NCBI GenBank assembly: GCA_030390025.1 | Contig: CM059431.1 | Span: 123,878,001 to 123,942,000, forward strand | From: Squalus acanthias | Lineage: Eukaryota | Direction of reading: 5' to 3' | DNA: 64,000 nucleotides | Shown here: in pieces, positions 1 to 13,063 of the stretch | Layout: the number at the start of each line of letters is the position of its first letter | How positions within the stretch are numbered: the stretch's first letter is position 1 | Notes under the pieces: model-generated | What the model saw: only the letters and a program-made list of their open reading frames with translations | Database searches by the model: none | Told to the model about the DNA's origin: nothing | Translations under genes and position numbers: made by a program

Positions 1-214
1 CCTGGAATTCCCTCCCTAATCCTCTCTGCCTCACTACCTCTCGTTCCTACTTTAAGACGCTCCTTAAAACCTACCTCTTTGACCAAGCTTTTGGTCACCT
101 GCCCTAATTTATCCTATGTGGCTCGGTGTCAAATTTTTTGTCTTACAATAGTCCTGTGCAGCACCTTGTGACATTTTACTACGTTAAAGGCGCTATATCA
201 ATACTTGTTGTTGT
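1..214 (+). mobile_element. L2-clade LINE 3' end fragment
   Basis: ctggaattccctccct...cttaaaacctacctctttgacc ORF end followed by a GGCGCTATATCAAT tail typical of L2 3' ends. Confidence 0.6.
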
Positions 215-394
215 AGTCTTTTTGATAGCAAAGATTAAATTAAGTATTTCTGCCTGCAACGTGAATTAGTTGGAACTGTTGTGTATTTACCAAGCAGTAT
301 TGCATGTATAACACATGCTTTTTAAAGGTAAAGCTTACTGTGAGTAATTAGATACATTGTGAAAATTGCACCTTTCTATCCCCAAAGGGTTAGA

Positions 395-566
395 GATCAT
401 AGAATCATAGAAGGTTATGGCACAGAAGGAGGTCATTCGACCCATTGTGTCTGTGCCGGCCGAAAAAGCGCTATCCAGCCTAATCCCACTTTCCAGCTCT
501 TGGTCTGTAGCCCTGTAGGTTGCGGCACTTCAAGTGCATATCCAAGTACTTTTTAAATGTGATGAG
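395..566 (-). mobile_element. CR1 LINE 3' end fragment
   Basis: atcatagaatcatagaa is the reverse complement of the (ATTCTATG)n CR1 tail, followed by CR1-type 3' UTR. Confidence 0.65.
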
Positions 567-2160
567 TGTTGTATATAGGATGATGATATGTCAAGCAATC
601 AGCTAACTCAAAAATTGCCATTTATTTGGAATTACTCTGTGCAAATATTAGCGCACAAGTGCCTCAACACTCTGCTATAACAGTGGCATTGACCTATTTT
701 TAAAGAATAGGTTAATACCTCCTTTAAAATAGCAGGCAGAAGAATTTCATAGGCATGCGTGAAAGTTCTCGTGCACTGATATCCGTGCAGAGTAATCTCA
801 AGGTGTAAGTAGCTTTGGCTAACAGATTAGTAAAGATCAGGAATAAAAAGAAAAAGCCCGAAATGCTAGAAATCATAACAAAAAACAGGAAATGCTGCAA
901 AGTACTTCATTGGTTGTAAAACGTTTTGAGATGTCCAGTGGATGTAAAAGGCACTATATAAATGTAAGTCTTTCTTTCTTTTTTTCTTTCAAATATACAA
1001 AAGGTTCATCGGCATCTGTAAAACAGATTAAAAGGATTTACTGAAGGGTCCACACCCAAAACGATTTTTCTCTTTGCAGGTGCTGATGGATCCACTGTGT
1101 ATTTCCAGTCTTTTCTGTTTTTCAGTAAACAGCACAATAAACATCACTGTTTTCATTCGTAACTTCATTCATACGCGGATGATGCAATTCCAAAGCTATA
1201 ATTGTATCCAATTCTGTAGAAACAGAAAGTGTATATAGTTCAATGGTCCAGATTTTGCTGAGTACCCTGTTAGTTAAACATTTTCCCTCACCCTTCAGCT
1301 CGAAAATGTTTTTCCCTGTAAGTTGTTTGAAGTACGAGTTGATAACAAGGGCAATGGGGCATCTGAGACCTTGGTGAACGACAGGACTAACAGTCTACCT
1401 CCTTAACCAAGGAGATTTAAGGATTGAGAAAGAAACGGAGGAATGATGGAGAAGGAGGGTGAATTAGAGTCAAATCAGGTACAGAAAGAGAAATAAAGGG
1501 GGGAATTTTTTGAAGGGTCAGCGGGCGCGTTCGGTGGAGGGCTGTCAATCCACCACCATGAGACTTTCCCAGATGTCGGGTCTGTCAATGCTGAACTGAC
1601 CTGCCGCACGGCGGCGGGGAAGGCAAATTAGGTCATTATGACCTTGTTTAGAGCCACTTAAAAAGTATTTTGAGCTCACCTTTAAATTTTACGAGGTCAC
1701 CCACGGGATCACCGCTGCTCAGGGAACATTTCAGGTAAGCAGGTCGGATGTTGTGTTACCATGAAATTATCTCTTTACTTGACAGCTGCAAATGTGCTAT
1801 AAAAGCTCCCATCTCACAGCTGTTCACTTTCCAAGCTCAGAAGCTGTTGCTTACTGCATTTGGAAGACAGATTGAGCTTTATGCAGCTTGCAAGTGTTTG
1901 GAGTAAACTCTGTATCCATTGTCACCTCATTGGAACAACCTCTCTCACCATTGACAGATCACTTCTGTCATCTCAACTTCACCTGCCATCTATTACATCA
2001 GCATCGGTGCCCTTGAAAATATCTCACCTTGGTCCTCAGAATCCCACTACGATCAGCCCCAACACCAGTAACACCAGGCACACCAGCAGCACCAACAACA
2101 ACACCAACCTTCTCCGCAATCAACTGATGTTGCACAGGACACAGGGCATCAGCACCTGAC

Positions 2161-2385
2161 TTTTACATCTTGACCTAACATTCATTAGTCAAGGAGACAG
2201 GATGTCTTTTTACTATTTATTAAAACACTGTAAATAGGACATTACATTAAGAACTGTAACAGACAGCCAAACCTCTCTCCATGAGATAGGGGGCAGAACT
2301 CTCCAGAACTTTCCCCCTGAGGCTCCAGCCCCTCCCTCCCTGTATGGCCGGGGGACTGGGTCAAAAGCAATCTCAAAACACAACA
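2161..2385 (-). repeat. Gypsy 3' LTR
   Basis: Direct repeat of 6722-6946; polypurine tract GGGGGAAAGGAG (minus strand, 2386-2397) is adjacent. Confidence 0.95.
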
Positions 2386-4893
2386 CTCCTTTCCCCCAGA
2401 TAAAACCCCTTAGTCCTCCAGACGTCTGGGACGGAATTTAACTCGACTTGAGCGCCGCGGGACAGGCATATTCGGGGTGTCACTGTTAGCCGCAGGAAAA
2501 CCTTCCTCCGTGGTTGATGACTCTATGACACCCTCTGTGGACGCGGCTTCCGTCGTTGTTGCAGGAAGCAGGCCGTCACTGCTTGGCAGAGGTGGCGGAG
2601 ACAATGGTCTAGCCTTTGATGTCTCAGTTACTCTCGCTGGAGTACGACCCCGTAGCTGGACTACGTGGCGTCTGTGTAGCTGGCCATCAGGTGTACGGAC
2701 GCTGTACGACAGGGGACCCGTGGCCTGCTCCACCACGGCAGGCATCCATTTGTCTCCTCCTGTATAGCAACGGGCAAACACAGTCTCTGACGGCTCGAAC
2801 TGCCTGGCGGTGCCCTGGTGCTTCTTAGCCAGCACCTCTTGTTTTGTGTGCATCTCGTCCTTGTAGTCCGGGTGTAGCCGGTCCAGTGCAGTCGCCAGCC
2901 GGCGACCCATCAGCATCTCAGCAGGACTCTTCCCCGTTGCTGAGTTTGGTGTGGTATGCTGTGATAACAGGAACCTGGCCAATCTGGTTTGCCAGTCCCC
3001 CACCGATATCCTCACCAGTGCCTCTTTTGTGGTTTGCACCATCCTCTCTGCCTGCCCATTAGAGGAGGGGTGATAGGGCGCTGTGGTCACGTGGCGGATC
3101 CCGTTTCTGCTTGCAAAAGCCTTGAACTCCGCTGACGTGAAGGCTGCTCCATTGTCTGAAACCAGCACGTCAGGGACCCCATGTGTGGCAAACAGCAAAC
3201 GCAACGTGTTGATCACTGCCCTGGATGTCATGGAGTTCATAATAGTCACCTCCAGCCATTTCGAATGCGAATCCACCACTATTAAAAAGACCTTCCCCTG
3301 AAAAGGCCCTGCAAAGTCAACGTGGAGTCTTGACCATTTACGAGTGGTCCACTCCCAGGGGTGAAGGGGAGCCTTGGGTGGGCTATGGCGGGTCAGCTGA
3401 CATGTCTCACAGCTCTTTACCACCTCCTCCACGTCTTGGTCCAACCCCGGCCACCAGACGTAGCTTCTCGCCAACGCCTTCATGTGCACAATCCCAGGGT
3501 GTGAGTCATGCAGCATTTTCAGCACCTCCTCTCTTGCGGCGGCAGGAACCACCACACGGCTTCCCCAGAGCACGCAGTTCCTGTGTGCAGACATTTCATG
3601 GCGCCTCTGAACGAAGGGCTTGAAACGCTCCTCCTGGACCTCGGAGGGCCAGCCGTGCAGCAGCCAGCGTAGCACCCGTGATAAGACTGGATCCTTCTGT
3701 GTGAGGCTGCCAATCCGCTGGGCATGGAGTGGGGCCTCCGGGACCTGCTCCAGCAGCAGCACCTCCAGGGGTGGTGGCGTCTCAGCCATCGGCCGGTTCA
3801 AAGGCAAGCGACTCAGAGCATCAGCATTAGCCAGCATCTTCCCAGGCCTGTAGCAAAGTTCATAACTGTAGGCCCCCAACATCAGACTCCACCGAAGCAT
3901 ACGCGGTGATATGATCAGGGGCATGGGCTTGGAGTGATGCAGGAGCCCCAAGAGTGGCTTGTGGTCCGTGTAGATGACGAACTGTCTCCCTAACAGGTAC
4001 TGGCTGAACTTCTTTACCCCAAATATGATGGCTAAGGCCTCCTTGTCAATCTGGGCGTAGTTACGTTCTGTTGTTGAGAGTGTTCTTGAGGCAAAACTGA
4101 TAGGCGCCTCCCGGCCATCTGGCTCTATGTGACCCAATAGAGCTCCCAGCCCGTATGGTGAGGCATCACACACCAACACCAATGGTTTGTTTTCATCATA
4201 GTGTGCCAGAACCTTATCTGCTTGTAGCAGTTCCTTTGCCTGTCTGTAGGCTGTTTCATGATCTGAGGTCCAGTTCCACACTGTTGCTTGGTCTAACAGC
4301 CTGTGCAGTGGCTCTAAGATTGTGGCTTTGCCCTTGAGAAAACAACTGTAGAAGTTTAACAGTCCGAGGAATGCCTGCAGTTCGGTCTTGTTCTTGGGGT
4401 TGGGAGCGCTCCTGATAGCCTCCACCTTCTCCGTAGTCGGATGCACACCGTCTTTGTCCACTCGGAATCCCAAGAACTCCACCCCATTGGCAGCGAACAC
4501 ACATTTCTCCTTCTGAAGGCGTAGTCCTACCTCAGCCAGCCGGCGTAGTACTTCCTGCAGCCGCTCATCATGGGCTTCCTGTGTCTTGCCTGTAATCAGT
4601 ATGTCATCCACGTAAGGCTGAACTCCCGGAACACCAGCCAACAGGGTGTCCATGAACCTCTGAAAGATTGCCACAGCCGTCGACACCCCAAACTGCAGCC
4701 TTGCGGCTCGGAAAAGTCCTCTGTGGGTGTTGATTGTCAATAGCTCGGCTGACTTTTCATCCAGGACCAGTTGCTGGTATGCTTGCTTGAGATCCAGCTT
4801 GGTGAACAGGGTGCCTCCAGCCAGTGTTGAAAACAGCTCTGTAACTGTTGGTAAGGGATACACATCTGGTAGCACAGCAGTATTAACCGTACA

Positions 4894-5068
4894 CGATAGC
4901 AAAATACTGCAGATGCTGGAAATCCGAAATAACAACAGAAAACGCTGGAAAAACTCAGCAGGCCAGGCAGCATCCGTGGAGAGAGAAAGAGAGTTGACGT
5001 TTCAGGTCGATGACCTTTCATCAGAACTGGGAAGAGCTGGAAATCAAATAGATTTAAGGCCAGGGTAT
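4894..5068 (-). mobile_element. Penelope-like pLTR fragment with minimal hammerhead motif
   Basis: Same sequence family as 13064, 23361 and 29110; 11-bp TSD ttaaccgtaca (4883-4893, 5069-5079). Confidence 0.85.
4991..5029 (-). ncRNA. Minimal type I hammerhead ribozyme motif (Penelope type)
   Basis: Minus strand reads cAGTT-CTGATGA-a-AGGTC-atc-GACCT-GAAAC-GTC-AACTc: intact core, 5-bp stem II, palindromic AC/GT stem III, GUC cleavage triplet. Confidence 0.8.
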
Positions 5069-6709
5069 TTAACCGTACATCTGTAATCTCCACAGATTCG
5101 CAGGCCCCCATCCTTCTTTGCAATGGGCACGATAGGGGTGGCCCAACGGGAGTTCTTCACTGGTATAAGAACCCCTTGGTTCACCAGCTTATCCAGGGCC
5201 TCATCCACCTTCTTGCGCAACGCAAAAGGAACTGGTCGCGCCTTGAAGAACTTAGGCGCTACCCCTGGGTCCACTTCGATTGAGACTGGCGGTCCCCGAC
5301 AGGCCCCGAGCTCACCAAAAACCTCTTCATAGTTCTCCAACATAGGCATTATGGGCTGTCGCTGTACCGTGTGTACTCCTGTCACTCCAATACCAAGGGG
5401 CGCAAACCAATCTCTGCCCAGCAGGCTTGTGCCCTGCCCCACCACCACATAAAGCGGAAGTGTGTCCTTGACTGCCCGATACTTAACTTTCACATGAATC
5501 ATACCCAGCACTTGGAGTTGGGCTTGGGACCACTGCCGTAGCACGCCACTGACCTGAGCCATCACCGGGGGTTCACTTGGCCACAGCCTATTGTAAGTCT
5601 CTTCACTTATCAACGAACACGCTGAGCCTGAATCCACCTCCATGCCGAGTGGTGCCCCATTCACGATCACATTTGCTGTGTATCCCCACCGTCTGTGGTG
5701 TCGCTGCTCAGCTTCCGTGGTATACACTGTATACTCATCGTTGTCCTCCCGTGTCAGGGTGTGTGTCTGCGATGCTTGTGTTGGCTCTGCTGCAGCAGCC
5801 TGAGCTTTCTTCATGCAGACACGAGCTATGTGTCCTCTTTTCTTACAGAAATGACATACCGCTGACACAAATTTGCATGTAGTGGCACCATGGAGAGCCC
5901 CACAGCGGAAACATTTTCTTCCTGTCTGTTTAGTTGCCTCCCTGTCACTCGCAGCATCAGCTGTGTGTGTGGTCTTGTGCACACCCTCGGCGGCCCGAGG
6001 TGGCGCTGCTTCTATACGTAGCATACCTGTGTTCATCGACGCAGCCTCTGCTGCTAAAGCCTTCTCCTCGGCCAGTCGGAACGTCAGGGCCTTGTCCGCT
6101 AACAGCTGTTTCTGCAATGCCGAGTCCAGCACTCCACACACAATCCGATCACGGAGCATATTATCTAAATGGTCACCAAAATTACAATGTACCGAGCGTT
6201 TCCTCAACTCAGCAATGTACCTTGAAATAGCTTGTCCAGGCTGTTGTTTACAATTGTGAAAATGGAAACGCTGCACAATTTCTGAGGGTTTTGGGTTGAA
6301 ATGTTGCTGCAGTATTTCTATCAAGTCCTTATAATCCACCTCACTAGGTTTACGAGGAACCACCAATGAACGCAGGACAGAGTAAGTAGCCGCTCCGCAT
6401 ACACTGAGCAACACTGAGCGCTTCTTCTCTTCTTTGTCAATATCATTGGCCTCCAAGAAACACCCCAGTCTTTCTGCGTATTCCTCCCATGAACTGTCCT
6501 CATCCCCAGAGAACTCTTCAATACGTCCCAAGGCCGTCATCGTGTTAATGTGCCCTGTCCCTTTAAGATCCACGTGGTCAGAGTTACAATAGCTAAACTC
6601 ACGTTAGTTGCCTGGATGTTATTAGCTGGGTGGCCCGCTCGTCGCAATATCCAATATCAGATTCGTAGGTTCGCGTCTATCTCCGTCCTTCTAGAGAGTC
6701 CGACAACCG

Positions 6710-6720
6710 CCTCGTCGCCA
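6710..6720 (-). promoter_or_regulatory. Gypsy primer-binding site (tRNA-Ser GCT type)
   Basis: TGGCGACGAGG one nucleotide after the 5' LTR; complementary to the ...CCTCGTCG-CCA 3' end of vertebrate tRNA-Ser(GCT). Confidence 0.8.
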
Positions 6721-6721
6721 G

Positions 6722-6946
6722 TTTTACATCTTGACCTAACATTCATTAGTCAAGGAGACAGGATGTCTTTTTACTATTTATTAAAACACTGTAAATAGGA
6801 CATTACATTAAGAACTGTAACAGACAGCCAAACCTCTCTCCATGAGGTAGGGGGCAGAACTCTCCAGAACTTTCCCCCTGAGGCTCCAGCCCCTCCCTCC
6901 CTGTATGGCCGGGGGACTGGGTCAAAAGCAATCTCAAAACACAACA
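6722..6946 (-). repeat. Gypsy 5' LTR
   Basis: Direct repeat of 2161-2385; begins TG and ends AA on the minus strand. Confidence 0.95.
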
Positions 6947-8914
6947 CTGACCATATTGCTGCCGGGAGGCCAGGGATGGCCTCACTATGGCCAGATTAAC
7001 TTCACTTGATGCAGTACACCCAGGCTGCCACATGATGCACCAGGTTGGCAGCACCCCACACCAACACCATAAGCACCTATACAATGCCCAAGCCATTCCT
7101 TTCATACTCATCAGCATTGTGGGAGGTACCGTTATGTCTCACCATTCACTGCAACTCACTAAGACACTTCCAAAGGTGCACACAAATCTGTCCAAGAACG
7201 CAAAGTGTTGAAAATAAAGATTTCAATGTTTGACAGCACATTAACAGAAACTTCACATGAACATTCACTAAAACACCCAGGTGCATACCCTTGTGTGTTG
7301 TTAGTTGGCATGCTTGGACTAGGATGAGGGTGAGTGTGAGGGGTTGCTAATGAGATGGGGAAGTGAGAATGTAGATAGAGAGGGATGGGTGGAGGTGCAA
7401 GGTAAGTTGGTGTTAGTAATGAAGTGCAGGAGTAGGGTAGGGAAGGCAGAGTGATGGGGATGTGATGAGTGGCACAGGAGGATGAAGTTGAGTGTGGCTT
7501 TGCAGTAATGTTTTGTGATCTACTGAAATCATTGAAAGGTTTGTACCACTGCAGCCTGGTCCTCCTGACGACATCCCTGCTTGCGCCCTCCTGTTCAATG
7601 CGCAACCAGGCTACGTTGGTCTCCTGGAGCAGTCTCTTCCACCCATGGGAAGAGAAGAGAACCTCCCTGCGTGCTGTGATTCCCTTCATAAGCATTTGGA
7701 GGGAGTAATGGGAAAGCCTGGGTGCAGCCCTGCATCTCTGTGCAGTACTTGTCAGTGTTTGCAGCACCTCAATGCTGTAGAACACTGACAGTACAACTGT
7801 CAAAATAAATTTGGGCATGGTCGCTTTAAGGAAATTGGCTGATGACGCATCATCGAATGACGTCATCAGACCCGCTTCCTTCACTTGGCCGGGAAACGCA
7901 CTGTGCGGGCTTAACAAGCCCAATCATCGTGAAATCATCTCAAAGAGCGGGCTGGAGGTAGCAGCGAGGTTGGGACCCGCCATCGACCCCGACCGCACCG
8001 AAACCGCCAAGGTTGGGGAAATCGCGGCAAAAGAGATAGAAAGGAAAAGTAAACAAAATAAACAAATTTAAATTAAAAAATGTAAAAATCCTCTAGGAAC
8101 AAGTTATTATCTGCAGAAATGAGACTCCATGATTTCAATTGTTCCCTTTCTGGTCTGAAGAGGTTGAGTGGCATTGCAGCAACATAAATCTCCGCTTTAA
8201 AAAGGTACTCATGCTGTTAAGTAACAGCCCTAACTTTCTGCGGTGAGTTTAATTGGCAATTAATGCACATATGCAGCATTTTTATGAAACTCACTGGTAG
8301 GTTGAGGGTGAGCTGCTGTTTTTACAAGGCTAAGCAACTCATGGCGATTTATAATTCATTGTGTATCTCTTCCTCACCAGGATCTACTGAATGATTTACA
8401 CATTAATAATGGCAAGCGCCTTTAAACTCACCGTTACTTTGGCAGCAAAATCTGGGCCATTATATTTGTGGGACATTTGTTCTCACAACGTACTTTCTAG
8501 TTGGCTCCTACAAGTGCAGCTTTGCAATGACATGACATATCCACCCATGCATATTCACAACAGTGCAACAACCAGTATTATATGGATTTTATACATAGCA
8601 AAGTTAGTAACTAAAACCACTTACTTCAGTCATGTATTTCTATTTTAGATCCAACGCTAAAAGGTTATCACCACAACTCGAGGAAGGAAGAATGTGAATC
8701 TGTAAATTGCAAATCAGTGGTGGTACTGGCCTATTATCTGACCTCTGAATGAAGAAAGAGAGAAAGAAAAGTAAAAAAGAATGACTTAAGATTTATATAA
8801 TGCCTTATCAAGTCTCTCAGAAACTTTGAAGTGGAGTGACTGGTGTTCTGTAGAGAAGCACATCCTAATCATAGTGGCAAATGCCTGTTCCCTGGGTACA
8901 TTCAAAATAAATAT

Positions 8915-9208
8915 GAACATACAAACATAAGAAATAGGAGCAGGAGTCGGCCATTTGACCCTTCGAGCCTGCTCCGCCATTCAATAAGATCATGGTTGAT
9001 CTTCTACCTCAACTCCATTTTCCTGCACTATCCCCATATCCCTTGATTCCCTTAATATCCAAAAATCTATCGATCGCTGTCTTGAATATACTCAACGACT
9101 GAGCCTCCACAGCCCTCTGGGGTAGAGAATTCCAAAGATTCACCACCCTCTGAGTGAAGAAATTTCTCCTCATCTCAGTCCTAAATGGCCGACCCCTTAT
9201 TCTGAGAT
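8915..9208 (-). mobile_element. CR1 LINE 3' fragment
   Basis: acataagaaataggagcaggag tail plus ORF2 C-terminal sequence (ttctctcagagggtggtgaatctttggaattc-like on the minus strand). Confidence 0.75.
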
Positions 9209-9711
9209 GGACCTGTGCCCTGCCCTCTCCAGATGTGCATTTTCTCGTTGTTCACAAAGAAAACTCCAAGGCAGAGGAGGTGGTGCATGAAACATTACTG
9301 CTGATATTCCATTCAGATGTTGGCATTAATATAGAAGAGCTTGGCCAGATGAACTGAAGAGCTCTTTTCCAATCCTGTACAATTTTATGTTCCAAAGGTT
9401 GAGGTGCTGCTGCAGCAGTTGTAATATTCCTGGCATGAAATGGAAGTCTGGGTAAGATACTATCATCCCTTGTAGTGCTGCATTGGCCAAAATTTTGTGA
9501 AGGATTGACATCTTTAGCCATATCGTTACAGAGCTGTAGACAATAGAGTCTGAAATAGTGTAAGCCATCCTCACCATGTCTAATAGTTGTATTTATTTCA
9601 GAGTATTACCCAGGAACAAGCTTCCTTTGCAGCTTGCCAGACAGGGTAGAATACAACTACTACTGCTAACTACTACTATTACCAACACTACAACAGCGAT
9701 GACAATCATAT

Positions 9712-10312
9712 GACAACAACTTGCATTTATGTAGCACCTGTAACACAGCAAAACGTCCCAAGGCGCTTCACGGAGAAATAAGGAAAATAGACACCGTTGC
9801 CAGAGAAGAAACTAGATGGGGCGATTTAAAAAATTGGTCGACGTGGTGGGTTTTAAAGAGAGTCTTAAAGGGAGGAGAGGGAATGCAGAGAGGCAGAGGG
9901 CTTTAAGGAGATAATTCCCAAGAGTGGGCCATAAATAGCTAAAGACATGGCCACCAACAATGGGGAAAAGGGCGATGTACATGAGGCTGGAGTCAGAGGA
10001 ATGGAGAGTTTGGGAGGGCAGCGAAGGTGTAGGGCTAGAGGATAGGGAGAACAAAAATAACAACCACAGCAACAAGAAGGATAAAAATGTTAAACCTGAG
10101 GCATTAGTGGACTGGAAGCCTATGTAGGTTAATGGGGACACATGTGATGGGGAAGCATGACTTGGTGTGGGATAGGATAGGGGCTGGGGAATATTGTGTG
10201 AGCTAAAGTTTATGGAGGGTGGAGGATTAAAGGCTTGCTAGGAAAAAACTGGAGTAACCGAGTCTGGAAGGACAATGAGGGTTTCAGTGACATATGGGCT
10301 AGGGTAGGGGTG
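9712..10312 (-). mobile_element. Old L2-clade LINE 3' fragment
   Basis: caacttgcatttatgtagcacc tail and degenerate ORF end (LHWLPVH..I.FK-like) on the minus strand. Confidence 0.55.
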
Positions 10313-10827
10313 GACGCTCAGCACGGGCCAATTTGCCAGAAGGGTCCTCAAACAGGCACTAGGTGAATGTCAGGGTTGCCTGGAAAATCTGCCTTTACCA
10401 ATATGGCCACGTCCATAACATGGGGCAGATCAGGTGATGGATATTGTGCTCCAAAATTGGTCCTTTTTGCCCTGTTTTCCACCCAGAAAACTGGCACAAA
10501 GAGGACTAATCTCACCGCCCCCCCCCCCGCCCCCCCGCCATGCTTACGTAGTGACATATAGCTCTAATTTGCTTCTTTTGTCATTTAGATTAAAAACTTC
10601 ACTTGATACTTAACACTCGATTTCCAGCCCTTATATAATAAATAAACTATCAACATTATAACATATCTCAGAATTTTTTAAAACTTTATTTCACATTCTA
10701 GTGACTGGATATAATGGTACAAATTACTTTTGGTAAAGGTTGCTTTTAGAGTTTAGTGATATCCATTTGCAGCCATAGTGCCTCAACATGGACGTATACT
10801 TCATAATGCACAACATAGTGCTCATCT

Positions 10828-11299
10828 AGAAAAAGAAAGACTTGCATTTATATAGCGTCTTTAACGGCCACTGCATGTCTCAAAGCACTTTACAGCCAAT
10901 GAAGTACTTTTGAAGTGTAGTCACTGTTGTAATGTGGGAAATGCGGCAGCCAATTTGCACACCGCAAGCTCCCACAAACAGCAATGTGATAATGACCAGA
11001 TCATCTGTTTTTTGTAATGCTGATTGAGGGATAAATATTGGCCAAGATACTGGGGATTACTCCCCTGCTCTTCTTTGAATATTGCCATGGGATGTTTTAC
11101 GTCCACCTGAGAGGGCAGATGGGGCCTCGGTTTAACATCTCATCCAAAAGACAGCACCTCCAGCAATGCAGCACTCCCTCAGCACTGCACTGGAGTGTCA
11201 GCCTAGATTTTTGTGCTTAAGTCCCTGGAGTGGGAACTTGAACCCACAACCTTCTAACTCAGAGGTGAGTGTGCTACCAACTGAGCCACTGGCTGACAC
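10828..11299 (-). mobile_element. tRNA-derived Deu-domain SINE (SacSINE1-like)
   Basis: tRNA-like head (tggctcagttggtagc...gggttcaagt), Deu-domain core and L2-like tail gctatataaatgcaagtctttc; reverse-orientation homologue of 21373-21835. Confidence 0.8.
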
Positions 11300-11565
11300 A
11301 GAAAGGAGCATGTGCTACATAACAAGACAAACATTTACTATTCTGCAAGTACAGGTGGACCTGAGCACAGTCCTCCACATTCACCTCCTGTCTGCTGTTT
11401 ATCCATAGCCACATCAATTTACTTTGAGTGTCATATAATTAAATGGTAAGATTTTATTAACTGTAAAATTTAATGCAAAGCTTGAAGAACTGTCTTTGCA
11501 TTTGAAGTCACCAATAAGCACAGACACAGCAACTGATTCAGGAAACGTTCTTCCTGAATACTCAT

Positions 11566-12325
11566 GGGCCTGGAATTTGCAGTGGGTAATGACGGCGAAC
11601 CCCTCTGAAACTGACCACAACTTCAGGATTTAGCGCATGCGCATCTAAACGTGGAAATCCTGAAGTTGTGGTCAATTATTCACTGCTCCGACACAAGCTG
11701 CGCTATGGACCCCCACCCCCAACCCCCCCAAACATAGCCGGCAATCAATTTAATCAGTGAAATAAGTGAAACGGATGATAACTTGGGCTTTTGCATGCTA
11801 ATGTCGCTGTTAAATACCCCATTAAATGTTAAGCCTTATTGGAATAGGTATAACTGGGGTTTTAAGAGTGTATTGACTGCTAAACAAGCATTACAGCTCT
11901 GATAAACTAATTTTTATATTTGTGGAGAATCAAATTTCTCCATTATGATAAAAATTACAATTTTTTTAAACTTTAAATGTTTTTTCACGTTTGTTCATGA
12001 TATTTCAGCTTCTATCTTATCCCTATGTGAAAGTCCCAATCTTTATTTCGCTCTCTGTAACATTTTTTAAAAGTCCGGATGAAAGCAGTTTTTCATTTCC
12101 CGGTTTGCTGTCTGTGAGAATTCTTCAATGTGATTGGCTGCTTAGACAGCTTGTTGATGTCACTGCAGCTCTTCGCTGGGAATCCCCTATTCACAGCGCA
12201 GCAATCAATTGAATGTTGAAAAAGGCAAACCCCTCATCACAGATATCGCTAGATCTCTGTGGGTAGCTTTCTTCATGGCCAGCGGCGAGCACCTATGCTT
12301 CACCACCGACCGCACAGTCTGGGTC
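11566..12325. mobile_element. Harbinger-type MITE
   Basis: Degenerate TIRs ggcctggaatttgcagt / accgcacagtctgggtc; AT-rich centre; similar to other MITEs in the window. Confidence 0.4.
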
Positions 12326-12699
12326 ATCATGTACTTGTTACAATATCTTTATTACAACCTATTTTCAAGAACCTAGGTATGGACATTGTATAACGTGTAA
12401 ATGACTGAGTCACACAGGACTAATATTTTTGTGATATCATCATATACACTTGTAAGAAAAATAATTGCAGCTTTTCCATTCGTGGAAATATGCTTATTTC
12501 TGTGTAGCACTTTTCACTCCCCCAAATCATTCACATTTATTTAACTTCCTAAAGCAAGTATGACCGAATGTGGGTGATTTCTGCATTACATTTTAGATAC
12601 ATTTGGATAGATAAGGTGAACGTGATTTAAATATTAGCTTGCTTTATCTCTCAGTGAAGCCCATTGTTTCTGCAAATAGAGACTAATATATATGATTGG

Positions 12700-12812
12700 C
12701 TTTTTTTTCATTCATTCATGGAATGCGGGCATTGCTGGCAAGACCAGCATTTATTGCCCATCCTTAATTGCCCTTGAGAAGGTGGTGGTGAGCCGCCTTC
12801 TTGAACTGCTTC
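12700..12812 (-). mobile_element. Non-LTR retroelement 3' end fragment (second copy at ~55718-55892)
   Basis: Two similar copies of cagcatttattgccc..cctaattgcc.ttgagaaggtggtggtgagccgccttcttgaac, each preceded by a T-run; family not determined. Confidence 0.45.
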
Positions 12813-13063
12813 AATTTGTGTGGCTGCACAATCAGATGGGTAATGGGGGATGTCTGTTCCTGATGGATTTTCCTATTTGTGTCAACACCTCTGTCCAGAA
12901 ATTAATTGAGTCAAAAGTTATTTGACGATTAGGACTGGCTGTTTGGTTACCCTGCATATATTAAAATTTCAATCATGGAATAAGCATATTTAATTAGATT
13001 GAGATTTTTGCAGAAAGACAGGACAACTGGTACTCAGACCAACCCACAAGGCATGGCTATAAC

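Larger units (their letters stand above)
2410..6573 (-). pseudogene. gag-pol: Single gag-pol ORF of the Gypsy element, interrupted in RT by a Penelope-derived insertion
   Basis: ORFs 5044-6573 and 2410-4935 are in the same frame. Motifs: CCHC knuckle CHFCKKRGHIARVC, protease VDSGS, RT YVDD, RNase H CDAS, integrase HHCC and D,D-35-E. Removing the insert restores CGDYRCTV|NTAVLPDVYPLP. Confidence 0.95.
2161..6946 (-). mobile_element. Full-length Ty3/Gypsy (Mag/K02A2.6-like) LTR retrotransposon
   Basis: 225-bp LTRs at 2161-2385 and 6722-6946 with one mismatch; 5-bp TSD ctgac (2156-2160, 6947-6951); PBS and PPT present; gag-PR-RT-RH-IN order. Confidence 0.97.
1498..8028 (+). mobile_element. Internally deleted non-autonomous Harbinger element, interrupted by a Gypsy element
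   Basis: 1850-2155 matches 14150-14450, 6952-7290 matches 15480-15830 and 7290-7900 matches 17250-17850 of the full Harbinger copy; Myb/SANT exon-1 remnant (RAAPRLS...LF...W...RRT..QW.KPFND) on the minus strand at ~7520-7745; aaa on both flanks. Confidence 0.75.
1245..8458. mobile_element. Harbinger-type MITE hosting nested insertions (outer shell ~1245-1497 and ~8029-8458)
   Basis: Terminal inverted repeats ggtccagattttgctg / cagcaaaatctgggcc (15/16 match); body similar to MITEs starting at ~13352 and ~18207. Confidence 0.55.

Noticed and set aside
8640..9580. Possible host exons (also ~54640-54830)
   Set aside because: No convincing donor/acceptor pair with recognisable protein similarity; a small exon cannot be excluded without transcript data
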